Part shown: piece by piece, positions 34,401-44,481 of the stretch
Layout: each line of letters starts with the position of its first letter
Position numbering within the stretch: the first letter of the stretch is position 1
IMG/VR virus record: IMGVR_UViG_3300035502_000495
DNA from: a virus
Lineage: Duplodnaviria > Heunggongvirae > Uroviricota > Caudoviricetes
Length of the DNA: 45,136 bases
Direction: 5' to 3' (one strand)
The notes under the pieces: generated by a model
What the model was told of the DNA's origin: nothing
The model's database searches: none
Seen by the model: the letters and a program-made list of their open reading frames with translations, nothing else
Made by a program: the position numbers and the translations under genes

Positions 34401-37400
34401 TTTAGCAGAAGCAGAAGATAAAGTTAATAATGCAGTAATACAAAAATATCTTGCTCAAATTAAATCAAATCAAGCTGAATTAACAAGTAGTTTTACAAAT
34501 ACGCGTCGTAGCATAGGCTCAGTAGTTCTTGATAATTCAGACCCATATTATGATGGAACTGATGTGCGTACTTTTACAAATGATGAAATAGAAGAAGTAA
34601 GTAATGCTTTTAGAGAATTGAAAAGTCAACTTGGAGATAGCTATGATGTTGTTTTAAAAGATAATGATGCTTTAGAACAAAATTTATTAAATTTAGGTAG
34701 TTTATCTGATATTGAGATAGAAAATATTGATGCTATTATTAAAAATAAAGATGCTTTTGATGAACTTGTTGATTCTATAAATAAAACTATAGAAGCTAAT
34801 AATTATTATGCAGAACAATTATTAAGTCAGACTATTTCAAGCAAATATGGCAGTGAAATAACTGCAATGGCTACAGACGAAGAGGGGAATGTAGATACAG
34901 CTTTTGCGAATCAGTTGGTTGATATTATTACTAAAAAATCTATTCAAGATAAGGCTGATAGCGGAGATTTACTAGAAGATAAAATTAGTGGAATTGAAGA
35001 TGATATTAAAAATGTTACCTCTAAGAATGATAAACTTCAAGCTTATTTACGTCAAACAGGATATATAGGTGAGAATGAAACTATAGATAATGAGTCTTTA
35101 ATTAAATTATATGCTGAAAAAATTCAAAATTTAGATATTGATAATACTTATAAGGCTAAAAGTAATTGGAGAGGAACGACAGGAACTTTAACAAGCGGCA
35201 CTGGAGAAAAAGTTATTGATAAAGTTTCTCTTCAAACTATGCGAGAGGCTCTCGCATATGATGCTGATTTTCAAAGTATTCAACAGGAATACGCTGATTC
35301 AATAGTTAATACAGAAGATAATTTTGTTAAGTCTTTACAAACTTTAGTTAGTAGCGCTGATGAAATGGGTAGGAAATATAATGCTGATTTTACATCTGCT
35401 ATAATAAATTCTACGAGTGATTTTGAAGCAAGTGGAGAAGAAGGCATACCAACTATAGATTTTTCTGATATTTTTAGTGATATAAGTGCTAATGAATTAG
35501 AAGAGTTATTTAATATGAGTGCGGATGACCTTTATGAAGCTTTTGGTGGAAAAGAGGCTCTTAGTGAAATTGGTTTTGCTTCTGCGGAGGATTTTCAAGA
35601 GGCTTTTCAATCTGGTTTTGTTGGTTGGGAATGGAATATTGAAGATGCTGTTAGCAGCGCTATGTCTTCTATAGATGACGAAATTGATGCTTTAGGTCTT
35701 AGTAAAGCTAAAACTTCTGAATATAAAGATGAAATTCAAGAATATGCTGAATATATTATGCAGACTGCGGAGTATAATGAAGATTTTGCGGATAGTCTCT
35801 CTAAGGATGCAGATGCCGCGGTTACAGTTGCTAACGCAGTTGTTCATATGAATAAAGCTATTGACACTCTTGCAGATAATATAGATGATTGGTCAAGTGT
35901 ATTAAAGAAGAGTAGTAAATCTAGTCAAGAATTTGGAGAGGCTTTAAGTGGAGTTGCAGATGCATTAGGGGATATTTTTGGGATTGATTCTACTTATATT
36001 GATAGTGATTTTATAACAAGCAATTTAGCTGAAATCGAAAAAGCAGCTACTGGTGATGAAGTTGCAATTGAAAGTTTAAGAGAATCTTTAACTAATGATA
36101 TAGTTGTTAATATTGTTGCTCATAATGAATTAGACGAGAACATGACTCAAAGTTTAATGAATGATATTAATAATTTATTAGATAATATTCCTGATTCAAT
36201 TGAAATAGGAACTTCTCTTGATATAGATAATTTATCAGCAGATGAAGCTAAATTTATGCAAGCTATGCAAGAAATTATTAATTCTGCTCAATTAACTGTT
36301 GACCAAGCTAATGCACTATTTGGTACAATGGGATTTGATGTTGAATTTGAAACTGCGCAAATTCCAGTCGAAAGAACTGGACACCAGACAGTTACAACAA
36401 CTGAAGTAGAAGAATGGGGTGAAGTTCCAGGAATATTTAATACTCAAAAATATCCTAAAGTAATGAGTACTAAGACTACTCAAGGAGACCCTTATACTTA
36501 TACTGAATATGTTGAAGCTGTTGCGATGTCTACTGATAAATCAGGTTCTACTCCTAAAATAAAAGGTATAACTCGCAAAGCAAATAGTTCATATAGTAAT
36601 TATTCATCTAAGAATTCTGGTGGAAAATCTCCTGGAACTAGTAAATCTTCATCTGGTAGCTCATCTAATCCAGATAGAATGGATAAGATGGAAGAAAAAG
36701 ATGAAATTGATATTTTCCATGATATTAATTTACAAATAAAAGCATTAACAGAATCTTTAAATAGACTTCAAAAGCAAGAAGAGAAATTAACTGGTAAAGA
36801 TTTAATTAATAATTTAAATAAACAGTTAGAAGTATTAGAGAAACAAAAAGCTGCTTATAAAACTAAAATTGAGCTTGCTAAGCAAGAAATGGCAGAACTG
36901 CAACAGATATTAGCTCTTCAAGGTATTACATTTGATGATGAAGGTTATATTAGCAATTATACAGAAGTAATGCAAGCTAAACTTAATTACTTAAATGATT
37001 TAATTGCTCAATATAATGCTATGTCAAAAGATGAACAGTCTAATTTTAAAGATACTATCGAGCAAGCTAAGACAGAGTATGAAGAATTTAAAAAGAGACT
37101 TGATGAATATGATGAATTAATATCTCAAACCATTCCTGAGTTGGAAGATTCAATTCAAGATGCTATCAATCAAGAGATTGAAATTAACATTGAAAAATTT
37201 ACAATGGAAATTGAAATCAGACTTGATATGTCAGAAGCGGAAAGAGATTTCAATGAATTTCAGCGGAAAGTGCTCAATCAAGCGGATAGAACTAATCCAT
37301 TTAAGGATGCGGATGAGCTGATTAAGGACGCTCAGCAAGGTCTAAAGGATTATGAGTCTTATTTTAATACTGCGGGAACAGGAACTGGCTCAATTCAGAA

Positions 37401-39828
37401 ATTAACTGAACAAGTTAATAGCACTATGGACCAGATTAGACAGATAGAATCTGAAGGTTGGGCTTCAGCTTATGGAGATGATAAAGTTTCCGCGATGGAA
37501 GATTTACAGAAATATTATGAAGAATTAATGACTGAATTAGAAGATATTGTTGATTTAGTTGATGAAATTAAAGATACATATCTTGATATGATTGATGAAG
37601 CTACTGACGCTTTTGAAAAGCAAGTAGACCAATATGAATATATTTTAGATTTAATTGACCATGATATGAATGTAATTGGACTTCTCTATGGCGATACCGC
37701 ATATGCGCAAATGGCTAATTATTATTCTCAAATGGAACAAAATAATAATAAAGAATTAGACTTCTTAAAGAAACGTGTAGCTTATGCTAAAGAAATGATG
37801 GATATAGAAACTGATGCAGAAGCTAAAGAAAAATGGGAAGAAGAATGGGAAACTGCATTATCTGAATTGAATGATGCTGTTGAAGATGCCGTTCAGAATC
37901 TCATTGATAAGTATACTAATTCTATTAATCAGATATTTGATGAATTAAATAAGAAAGTTACAAGCGGATTAGGTTTAGATTATGTTGATGATGAGTGGGA
38001 TTTAATTAATAAAAATGCTGACCAATATTTAGATACTATTAATAGTTTATATGCAATTCAAGAGTTAGAAAGTAAATATGTAGATGCCATTAATGATTAT
38101 AGTGGAAATATAACTGCTCAACAGAAATTAAATAGTTTAATGGATGAGCAGATAAGTATGTTACAAACTAAAGATAAATTAACTCAATATGATGTTGACC
38201 GCGCTAATGCTTTATATGAGATAGCTCTAAAAGAAATTGCTCTACAAGAAGCTCAACAAAATAAGTCAAGTATGAGATTAAGACGTGATTCTCAAGGAAA
38301 TTATAGTTATCAATTTGTTGCAGACGAAGATAGTATTGCTCAAGCACAGCAAGATTTACTTGCCGTGCAAAATAGTTTATATAATTTAGATAAAGACCAA
38401 TATAAAGAAAATCTTGATGAGATTTATGAATATTATGTTGAGTTTCAAGAGAAATATGTTGAGATTATGACAGATATGTCACTCACAGATGAAGAGAGGT
38501 TAGAGAGGACTAAATTACTACAAGAGCAATATGGAGATTTAATTAATGGACTTGTAGAACAGAATGAAGAGATTAGACAGAACTTGCAGGAATCTACTTT
38601 TATTTCTCTTGAAGGATTATATGCGGCAGATGCTGAGTCATTTGAAGATATGACTGGAATGAATATTGAAGCATTTAGAAACATGACGGATGAAGAATTA
38701 GATGTATTTATGAATACTTTAGTTCCTCAATGGGATTCTGGTGTTCAACATATGGCTGATGTATTCGCGGGTGACGGTGGTTTAATACCCACATGTCAAG
38801 ATGCATTTGAACAGTTAAATGAAACTACAATGGATTATCAGAATAGTTTAGATGAACTGGAAGAAGCGGCAGGTATCGATTTTGACTCTATGGCAGCAGG
38901 TTATGACATGAATATAGAGGCTGCTCAAGAACTTCTTTATGCTAATGATGATTTAATTCTTAAGTACATGGAAGAAATTGATGCAATTCAAGCAGTAATA
39001 TCTAACTTAAATGATTTGATTAATGAATATAAAGCAGCTCAGCAGGCAGCTATAGCAGCTACTGAAGCAGCTTATGCATTTATTCAAGCTCAAAATGCGG
39101 CTAATGCAGCTGCAGCGAGCGCTGTTAATGGCAATAATTATAATTATAGTTATTCTGCACCAAGTGTTTCAACTACGACATCTTCAGGTGCGAGTTCTAC
39201 AGGAAGTGGTAGTAGCAGTACTTCAAATAAAGCTTCTTCTTCTTCAACTTCAACAGCTGCAACTGAACAATATAAATTAAAAGTTTATGCAAGTCAAAAT
39301 GATTCTACAGGATATTATTATACATATAGTGGAAGTAAAGAGAGTTTAGATAGTTCTGGAGTAAAAATAGTTTATGTTGGAAATGAAGGCGGAGATTGGA
39401 CACATCCTTATGAAGTATTTAAAAATAATAGAAGTGTAGGATATGCAGATAGCGATTATTGGACTAAGTATGATACAGGTGGATACACAGGTGAATGGGG
39501 TAGTGATGGTAAAGTTGCGATGCTTCATCAAAAAGAACTTGTATTAAATGCAGACGATACAAAGAATATTCTAAGTGCAGTAAATATTGTAAGAGATATT
39601 GCTAGTGTATTTGATAATTTAAATACAAATATCTTAAGTAGATTATCAGGACTTATATCTGGACTTGATACTTCTATAAGCGGCATTTCCGCATTTTCGG
39701 ATACTCTTGAACAAAATGTACATATAGAGGCTAACTTCCCTAATGTACAGAGTTCAAATGAAATCCAAGATGCTTTCAATAACTTAGTAAATATTGCTTC
39801 ACAACGAGCATTTAGCACAACTAGATAA
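31438..39828 (+). CDS. tail tape measure protein (2796 aa)
   Basis: TMP domain (LDESLNNIRIVT..ESVGTALKTIYAR), long helical repeats, C-terminal YDTGGYTG..AMLHQKELVL. Confidence 0.9.
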   Translation: MANKINFQIGFNVDRSGLNEIKSALQQIQQQANQAMQSGTLTNELKEASTAARQLESILNSSWNSKLNQLDLSKVNTSIKNTYGSVSQLKTVMESSGAAGATAYNQFASAVLNTNLQLKQSNKWLDEMAITLSNTVRYNLASAIMNKVSSSIQQAYYYTLDLDESLNNIRIVTNKSADDMAEFAVQANKAAKALGQSTTAYTNASLIYYQQGLSDEEVAARSDITLKTANVTGQSTSEVSEELTAVWNGYKVSAEEAELYVDRMAAVAASTASDLEELSTGMSKVASAAAALGVGEDQLAAQLATIVSVTRQAPESVGTALKTIYARMSDIEAGVDEEGATLGTYSGAMAEMGINVLDANGKLRDMGEVIEEIGGKWSDFTREQQISLAQTMAGTRQYNNLIALFDNWSDYTETLEVAQNAAGTLQEQQDIYMESTAAHLQQLSTEAEKTYNILFNADAINDTADAMTGLLSLFNNYLTGLNGGINSLVHMGSVVANVFSNQIGKAISQSVINVEAYRSNLDAIVLKQNIISAHAAQGEIVTSDSAQVNKEIEIAQQILPIRQALTQEQYNELMTEQKKIGELEQEIVEIESYRQISESILNDANATTAEYQERLGYEQQFLSSYRQQEQALIRATRLYSELTDADKTARGGDLERIELYSVLNDLDLSMLQTEESREAVSEIMNALDDEEIVDASKLKQILQEQHNTISEQINTVNQLTEALQHKQQAEDGTLNKLREEQQAREGIVSTVVEQTQRQQMLTQAISGTMTIISGLTTILGAIKTANNENLTIAEKTESIITSLLVSLPMIISNFKNISQIVPGLATGISSLALKIAGLAGVELKTTTVTTSLSVALGMFKELLLGPVGIALGATLLAVSGVVAVIWASVKAYNADADAAEAAAEQVENLTDRYNELNEAASNLKDTISDYDDAIDALADLDKRTDEYAESLEEANEKAKELIETYGLFDDWSMKNGLITINQDALDSVLAEAEDKVNNAVIQKYLAQIKSNQAELTSSFTNTRRSIGSVVLDNSDPYYDGTDVRTFTNDEIEEVSNAFRELKSQLGDSYDVVLKDNDALEQNLLNLGSLSDIEIENIDAIIKNKDAFDELVDSINKTIEANNYYAEQLLSQTISSKYGSEITAMATDEEGNVDTAFANQLVDIITKKSIQDKADSGDLLEDKISGIEDDIKNVTSKNDKLQAYLRQTGYIGENETIDNESLIKLYAEKIQNLDIDNTYKAKSNWRGTTGTLTSGTGEKVIDKVSLQTMREALAYDADFQSIQQEYADSIVNTEDNFVKSLQTLVSSADEMGRKYNADFTSAIINSTSDFEASGEEGIPTIDFSDIFSDISANELEELFNMSADDLYEAFGGKEALSEIGFASAEDFQEAFQSGFVGWEWNIEDAVSSAMSSIDDEIDALGLSKAKTSEYKDEIQEYAEYIMQTAEYNEDFADSLSKDADAAVTVANAVVHMNKAIDTLADNIDDWSSVLKKSSKSSQEFGEALSGVADALGDIFGIDSTYIDSDFITSNLAEIEKAATGDEVAIESLRESLTNDIVVNIVAHNELDENMTQSLMNDINNLLDNIPDSIEIGTSLDIDNLSADEAKFMQAMQEIINSAQLTVDQANALFGTMGFDVEFETAQIPVERTGHQTVTTTEVEEWGEVPGIFNTQKYPKVMSTKTTQGDPYTYTEYVEAVAMSTDKSGSTPKIKGITRKANSSYSNYSSKNSGGKSPGTSKSSSGSSSNPDRMDKMEEKDEIDIFHDINLQIKALTESLNRLQKQEEKLTGKDLINNLNKQLEVLEKQKAAYKTKIELAKQEMAELQQILALQGITFDDEGYISNYTEVMQAKLNYLNDLIAQYNAMSKDEQSNFKDTIEQAKTEYEEFKKRLDEYDELISQTIPELEDSIQDAINQEIEINIEKFTMEIEIRLDMSEAERDFNEFQRKVLNQADRTNPFKDADELIKDAQQGLKDYESYFNTAGTGTGSIQKLTEQVNSTMDQIRQIESEGWASAYGDDKVSAMEDLQKYYEELMTELEDIVDLVDEIKDTYLDMIDEATDAFEKQVDQYEYILDLIDHDMNVIGLLYGDTAYAQMANYYSQMEQNNNKELDFLKKRVAYAKEMMDIETDAEAKEKWEEEWETALSELNDAVEDAVQNLIDKYTNSINQIFDELNKKVTSGLGLDYVDDEWDLINKNADQYLDTINSLYAIQELESKYVDAINDYSGNITAQQKLNSLMDEQISMLQTKDKLTQYDVDRANALYEIALKEIALQEAQQNKSSMRLRRDSQGNYSYQFVADEDSIAQAQQDLLAVQNSLYNLDKDQYKENLDEIYEYYVEFQEKYVEIMTDMSLTDEERLERTKLLQEQYGDLINGLVEQNEEIRQNLQESTFISLEGLYAADAESFEDMTGMNIEAFRNMTDEELDVFMNTLVPQWDSGVQHMADVFAGDGGLIPTCQDAFEQLNETTMDYQNSLDELEEAAGIDFDSMAAGYDMNIEAAQELLYANDDLILKYMEEIDAIQAVISNLNDLINEYKAAQQAAIAATEAAYAFIQAQNAANAAAASAVNGNNYNYSYSAPSVSTTTSSGASSTGSGSSSTSNKASSSSTSTAATEQYKLKVYASQNDSTGYYYTYSGSKESLDSSGVKIVYVGNEGGDWTHPYEVFKNNRSVGYADSDYWTKYDTGGYTGEWGSDGKVAMLHQKELVLNADDTKNILSAVNIVRDIASVFDNLNTNILSRLSGLISGLDTSISGISAFSDTLEQNVHIEANFPNVQSSNEIQDAFNNLVNIASQRAFSTTR

Positions 39829-39830
39829 AT

Positions 39831-39857
39831 AAAGGGAGAGTTTAATACTCTCCCTTT
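39831..39857 (+). terminator. intrinsic terminator after TMP
   Basis: AAAGGGAGAGT-TTAAT-ACTCTCCCTTT. Confidence 0.85.
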
Positions 39858-39879
39858 TAACCATTTATGGATAATTAAC

Positions 39880-39908
39880 TTGACAAAAAAATAATATTAT
39901 GATAGAAT
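39880..39908 (+). promoter_or_regulatory. sigmaA promoter
   Basis: TTGACA-17-TAGAAT with TG. Confidence 0.7.
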
Positions 39909-39932
39909 TAAGAGAGAAAAGGAGATAAAGGT

Positions 39933-42900
39933 ATGAATAGTATAGAAACCTCTATCTGTGATGCTATTGAATTAATTGTTGATAGAGCAATTTCACAGGC
40001 AAGCTATGATAAAACTATTCAAGCGACTATTGTAGAGTGTACAGATTCAACTATAGGTAAGTATAAAGTAAAATACCAAGATAGTACATTCTATGCTTAT
40101 TCAAGCGGAACTGATGTTAGTTATACTGCGGGAGCCTCTGTATATATCTTAGTTCCAGGTAATGACATGAGTAAAGATAAAACTATCTTAGGCACAACTA
40201 AAAAACTTGGAATTAATTATGTTGCAACAGTAGAAGGTGACGAGGCATATGAAATAGTTGGAAGTAACTGTATTTCATCAACAAATAAATTCTCAATGAG
40301 TTCTTATAGAAAAGATGCTTATACTAAAGTTTTATATAGCAAGACTTATAATAGTAATCAAAATTTAATTACTTTAAATAAAACTGCTATTAATGAATAT
40401 ATAAAAACTTCTAATACTATAATATGCGGAGCTTTATTTAAAACATCTCTTCCTGTAGAACAACAATATCGAGGTAACTATGGTATTATTTTTGCTTTAG
40501 ATTTTATAGATAATGCAACGAATGAAACAGTTACAAGATATTATACAATAGATGTAGATAAAATGACAGGTAATCCATATAAGTTAATTTCAGAAACTAG
40601 ACAATATGGAATATTTGAAATAGATAATAAGAATTTTAAAGAAATTAATTATATAAGTATATTTACATATAATTTCCCTAATAGTAAAGATGAAAATTTA
40701 TGTGTAGATGATATATTTGTGAATGATATTGAATTGTATGGCGCAGAGCCGCTTAGCGAGGATGATATCAACAATTATAGTTTAACAATCGCAACTCCGC
40801 AAGGAAAATATTTTGATGATACTTCTTTAGATTCAGAAGTACGGACCTTACAGGCGCAAGTCCGCGTGAAGGGCAAAGTAATTGATAATGATTCTCAATC
40901 TCTTCCTTTTTATTGGTTTATTGAACACGTTGGGGTAACAAGTAATAGTCAGTATTATAACAAATATGGCGGTCAAGGTTGGAAGTGCTTAAATAATTTT
41001 AATGTAATTTCTGCGGCAACTGCAACTGAAGATGCTATTATAGAATGGATTCCCGCGTCTTATAATTTTACAGTTAAAAAGAGTGATGTAACTGCAAAAG
41101 AAGTAAAATATAAATGTGCAGTTGTTTATGACGGTACAGTTATTACTAAAACTATTATTATTAAAAATTTATCATCTGAATATGATGTTTCTATTGTTTC
41201 AGATGTAGGGACTCAATTTTATTTTGATATAGGTTATCCTACGTTACAATGCTTAGTAGGCGGGAAGTCGCCTAGTGGATATTCTTACTCTTGGGCTGTT
41301 GTTGATAATAGCGGGACTTTTCAAAGTTTAGCAGAAACTCCGCAAGAAAATGCTGATTATGCTAGCACATTAAATGAATATAATATATTAATGTCTTTAA
41401 TAGATAGTCAACAACTTATGTATGAGGCTAATAAAGAAAGAATTAATAATTTAAAGAATAAACTTGATGAATATGAAAAAATAACAAGAGTTGAAGGTAA
41501 TACAATTTATCATTTAAATGTAAATACAATTACAAATTTTAGCACTTATCAATGTACAGTTTATTTTGCTAATTTATATATAGGTACAGCTTCAATTACT
41601 TTAACTAATAAACTTGAGGCGGAAGGTGCTTATAGTTTAATTATAAATGATGGTGCTTATGTATATAAATATAATGAGAATGGTGTAAGTCCAGCCAGCG
41701 CTTCATTAGATTCTCCTATTGATATAAAAGCATTAACATTTAATTTATATGATAATCTAGGTAATAGAATAGATGATGATGTAGTTAAACGTTGTAATAT
41801 ACAATGGATAGTTCCTTCTTCAAATACTATGATTAGTATTCCTAGTAGTTATACGCCAACTTCTACAGATGCAGAAAATAAAACTGAAACTTATAGTAAT
41901 ATAATGTCTTTAAGTTATAAGATTTCAGATAGATATGATATTACTAAAACTAGAAATAATATACAATTATTAGTTAATTATCAAGGAATGAGCTTATCTG
42001 CGGTAACAGATTTTACTTTTATAAAAGAAGGTGAACCTGGAACTAATGGTACTGAATTTACTTGTAAAATTGTTCCTAATATAGCGAGCGGAGCTACTGC
42101 ACCTTTATATCCTACAATTACTCAATTAACTAATAAAAGTTGGTCGATTAACTATACTCCTGTTAATAGTAATAAATTCTTTAGAGCGCAATTGTGGCAT
42201 AATGAAAATAAGATATTAGATAGTGTAAGTTCTGCTAATTCTACAGAAGGTAAAAAAGCTACTATTAAATGGAGTATTTTAAAGAATAAATATACAAGTA
42301 GTATTTCAGATACAAGCGCATTGAGTGTAGATGAAAGTACAGGGACATTTAGCTTTAGCGGCTTTACAGACACAACTCCCGCGCATATAGCTAAAGTTAC
42401 TATTGAATATGATGATGTAGTTTACTATGCAACGATGCCAATTATTACTGTTAAATTAAGTAATAATAATTATAGAGTTAATTTAAAAGAATATACAGGT
42501 TTTAGATATGCTACATATACTTCAGATGGTCAAAGTCCTAAATATGATAATGTTAATCCTTTTGAAATTTTAGTTACTAAATATATTAATAATTATTATG
42601 AAGATATAGGTGTATTAAGTTCTTATGGATTAACTTATACATGGAGTTATTTAGGTAGAATATATGAAAGTTCATGGGTTAGTAGTATAAATTTAGGGAA
42701 TAGAAGTGTTTCTGACACTCTTGCTATTAATCAAAAGGCGGTTAAACCTTTAGATAGCTTTGACGGACAATGTGTTACTAATGCAGTTGAGTGTATTATT
42801 AAAGCATCTGGAACTGAAGTAGCCAGAATACATATACCAATTCATTTAATGCTAAATAGATATGGAAATTCTGCATTAAATGGCTGGGATGGTAATAGTA

Positions 42901-43997
42901 TTAATATAGATGCAGATGGCGGTTTTATTTTAGCTCCACAGGTGGGCGCTGGTATTAAAGAGACTGATAACAGCTTTACTGGAGTTTTAATGGGAAAAGT
43001 TAAGGAATCAGGACAGACTTCCGCAGATATTGGATTATTTGGATATGCTAAAGGTACTAGAAGTATCTTTTTAGACGCAGAGACTGGTAAAGCGAGATTT
43101 GGAGCTAATGGTAAGGGGCAAATAATTATTGACCCTGAGAGTAATAAGGCTCAGATATATTCAGGTAATTATAGCACATCTAATAAAACTGGTATGATGA
43201 TTGATTTAACCACTCCAGAAATTAGATATGGTAGCGGGAATTTTTATACTACAAGTACTGGTATAGTTCATGCGATTAGCGCAGTTATTGAAGGTGATAT
43301 CACTGCAAATACTGGATATATCGGTGGTAAAAATGGATTTGTTATTACTACTAATAAATTATATAATGGTAAAATTTCTTATAGTGATTCTTCTAATGGA
43401 ATTTATATTGGAACGGATGGGATTGCTCTTGGTTCAAGTAATAAATTCTGTGTAGATAAAAATGGAAATTTAACTGCTAAAAGTGCCGTGGTTGAAGGAG
43501 AAATTACTGCTAAAAAGGGTAATATTGGTGGATTTACTATTACGAGTAATAGTTTATATAATGGTAAATCTGCTTTTAGTGATGCTAATGATGGTGTATA
43601 TATAGGAACTAATGGTATTGCTCTTGGAGCTAATAATTCTTTTAAAGTTTCTTCAAGTGGAGTTATAACAGCGGTTAGGATTGATGGTGAAGCTGTAAAT
43701 CAAATTAATACCATTATTAATAATTCAAAAGCTATGCAAACTGCGAATGAAGCTATTAATGCAGCTAAATCCGCAGCAGCGACTGCTCAATCAGCAGCTA
43801 ATACTGCACAAAATACAGCTAATACAGCTAATAGTGCTGCCGCTACAGCTAAATCAGCCGCGGAGACGGCTCAAAATACAGCTAATGGACTAGCAACAGA
43901 TGTTAGAAATACTTATAATTCAATTAATACTATAAATGGTTGGATTAATCAATTATCTGGTCAATTAAGAAACTTAGGGCAACCAGGAATAAGTTAA
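39933..43997 (+). CDS. tail tip spike/central fibre protein (1354 aa)
   Basis: N-terminal OB-fold-like segment (TIQATIVE..YKVKYQ..VYILVP), beta-rich middle, two ~65-aa Gly-rich repeats, C-terminal Ala/Thr/Asn coiled coil. Confidence 0.65.
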   Translation: MNSIETSICDAIELIVDRAISQASYDKTIQATIVECTDSTIGKYKVKYQDSTFYAYSSGTDVSYTAGASVYILVPGNDMSKDKTILGTTKKLGINYVATVEGDEAYEIVGSNCISSTNKFSMSSYRKDAYTKVLYSKTYNSNQNLITLNKTAINEYIKTSNTIICGALFKTSLPVEQQYRGNYGIIFALDFIDNATNETVTRYYTIDVDKMTGNPYKLISETRQYGIFEIDNKNFKEINYISIFTYNFPNSKDENLCVDDIFVNDIELYGAEPLSEDDINNYSLTIATPQGKYFDDTSLDSEVRTLQAQVRVKGKVIDNDSQSLPFYWFIEHVGVTSNSQYYNKYGGQGWKCLNNFNVISAATATEDAIIEWIPASYNFTVKKSDVTAKEVKYKCAVVYDGTVITKTIIIKNLSSEYDVSIVSDVGTQFYFDIGYPTLQCLVGGKSPSGYSYSWAVVDNSGTFQSLAETPQENADYASTLNEYNILMSLIDSQQLMYEANKERINNLKNKLDEYEKITRVEGNTIYHLNVNTITNFSTYQCTVYFANLYIGTASITLTNKLEAEGAYSLIINDGAYVYKYNENGVSPASASLDSPIDIKALTFNLYDNLGNRIDDDVVKRCNIQWIVPSSNTMISIPSSYTPTSTDAENKTETYSNIMSLSYKISDRYDITKTRNNIQLLVNYQGMSLSAVTDFTFIKEGEPGTNGTEFTCKIVPNIASGATAPLYPTITQLTNKSWSINYTPVNSNKFFRAQLWHNENKILDSVSSANSTEGKKATIKWSILKNKYTSSISDTSALSVDESTGTFSFSGFTDTTPAHIAKVTIEYDDVVYYATMPIITVKLSNNNYRVNLKEYTGFRYATYTSDGQSPKYDNVNPFEILVTKYINNYYEDIGVLSSYGLTYTWSYLGRIYESSWVSSINLGNRSVSDTLAINQKAVKPLDSFDGQCVTNAVECIIKASGTEVARIHIPIHLMLNRYGNSALNGWDGNSINIDADGGFILAPQVGAGIKETDNSFTGVLMGKVKESGQTSADIGLFGYAKGTRSIFLDAETGKARFGANGKGQIIIDPESNKAQIYSGNYSTSNKTGMMIDLTTPEIRYGSGNFYTTSTGIVHAISAVIEGDITANTGYIGGKNGFVITTNKLYNGKISYSDSSNGIYIGTDGIALGSSNKFCVDKNGNLTAKSAVVEGEITAKKGNIGGFTITSNSLYNGKSAFSDANDGVYIGTNGIALGANNSFKVSSSGVITAVRIDGEAVNQINTIINNSKAMQTANEAINAAKSAAATAQSAANTAQNTANTANSAAATAKSAAETAQNTANGLATDVRNTYNSINTINGWINQLSGQLRNLGQPGIS

Positions 43998-44006
43998 AGG
44001 ATAAAA

Positions 44007-44219
44007 ATGGAAGAATTAAATATAAATTTAAAATGTGAAAAATTTAAATCAGAAATTATAGATATAATTAATAAAAGTAATTTACCTATTTCTTCAGTTT
44101 ATTATATCTTTCAGTTAATAGTTAAAGATTTAGAAGAAACTTATTATGATACTTTAAAATATGAATTAGCAAAAATTCAAGAAGAGGGAAAAAATAATGG
44201 ACAAGTTAAAGATAGCTAA
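44007..44219 (+). CDS. hypothetical protein (70 aa)
   Basis: ORF after the tail spike gene. Confidence 0.7.
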   Translation: MEELNINLKCEKFKSEIIDIINKSNLPISSVYYIFQLIVKDLEETYYDTLKYELAKIQEEGKNNGQVKDS

Positions 44220-44403
44220 AGTTATAGATGAAATTAATAATTTCAATGAAGAAGTTCCTATTGGATGTGAAGCTGCAAATGTAGATTTACCAACTGGAGA
44301 TACTTTACTTGATTTTATTGGTAATTGGAATATTAAAGAAAAGGGTTCTATAGCAAGTTATATTGAACAATTAGAAGAGCGTATTTCAGCTTTAGAACAA
44401 TAA
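44197..44403 (+). CDS. hypothetical protein (68 aa)
   Basis: GAGGG RBS; overlapping ORF. Confidence 0.7.
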   Translation: MDKLKIAKVIDEINNFNEEVPIGCEAANVDLPTGDTLLDFIGNWNIKEKGSIASYIEQLEERISALEQ

Positions 44404-44481
44404 TTGGTCTATCTAAATTAATCTCAATATATTTGATTTTAAAATATATTGAGATTTAATTTAGGAGGTTTTATAATTAAT

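Noticed and set aside
15808-43455. Antisense and alternative-frame ORFs inside structural genes (15808, 16539, 21389, 24834, 28441, 28672, 33309, 38445, 39074, 39346, 39528, 42152, 43270)
   Set aside because: Fully nested in long, well-supported genes, with no independent expression signals.
19158-44445. Phage-specific late promoter motif (T(T/A)GG(T/G)..-like starts at 19162, 31356, 44404)
   Set aside because: The alignment is too weak by eye and needs motif discovery with TSS data.
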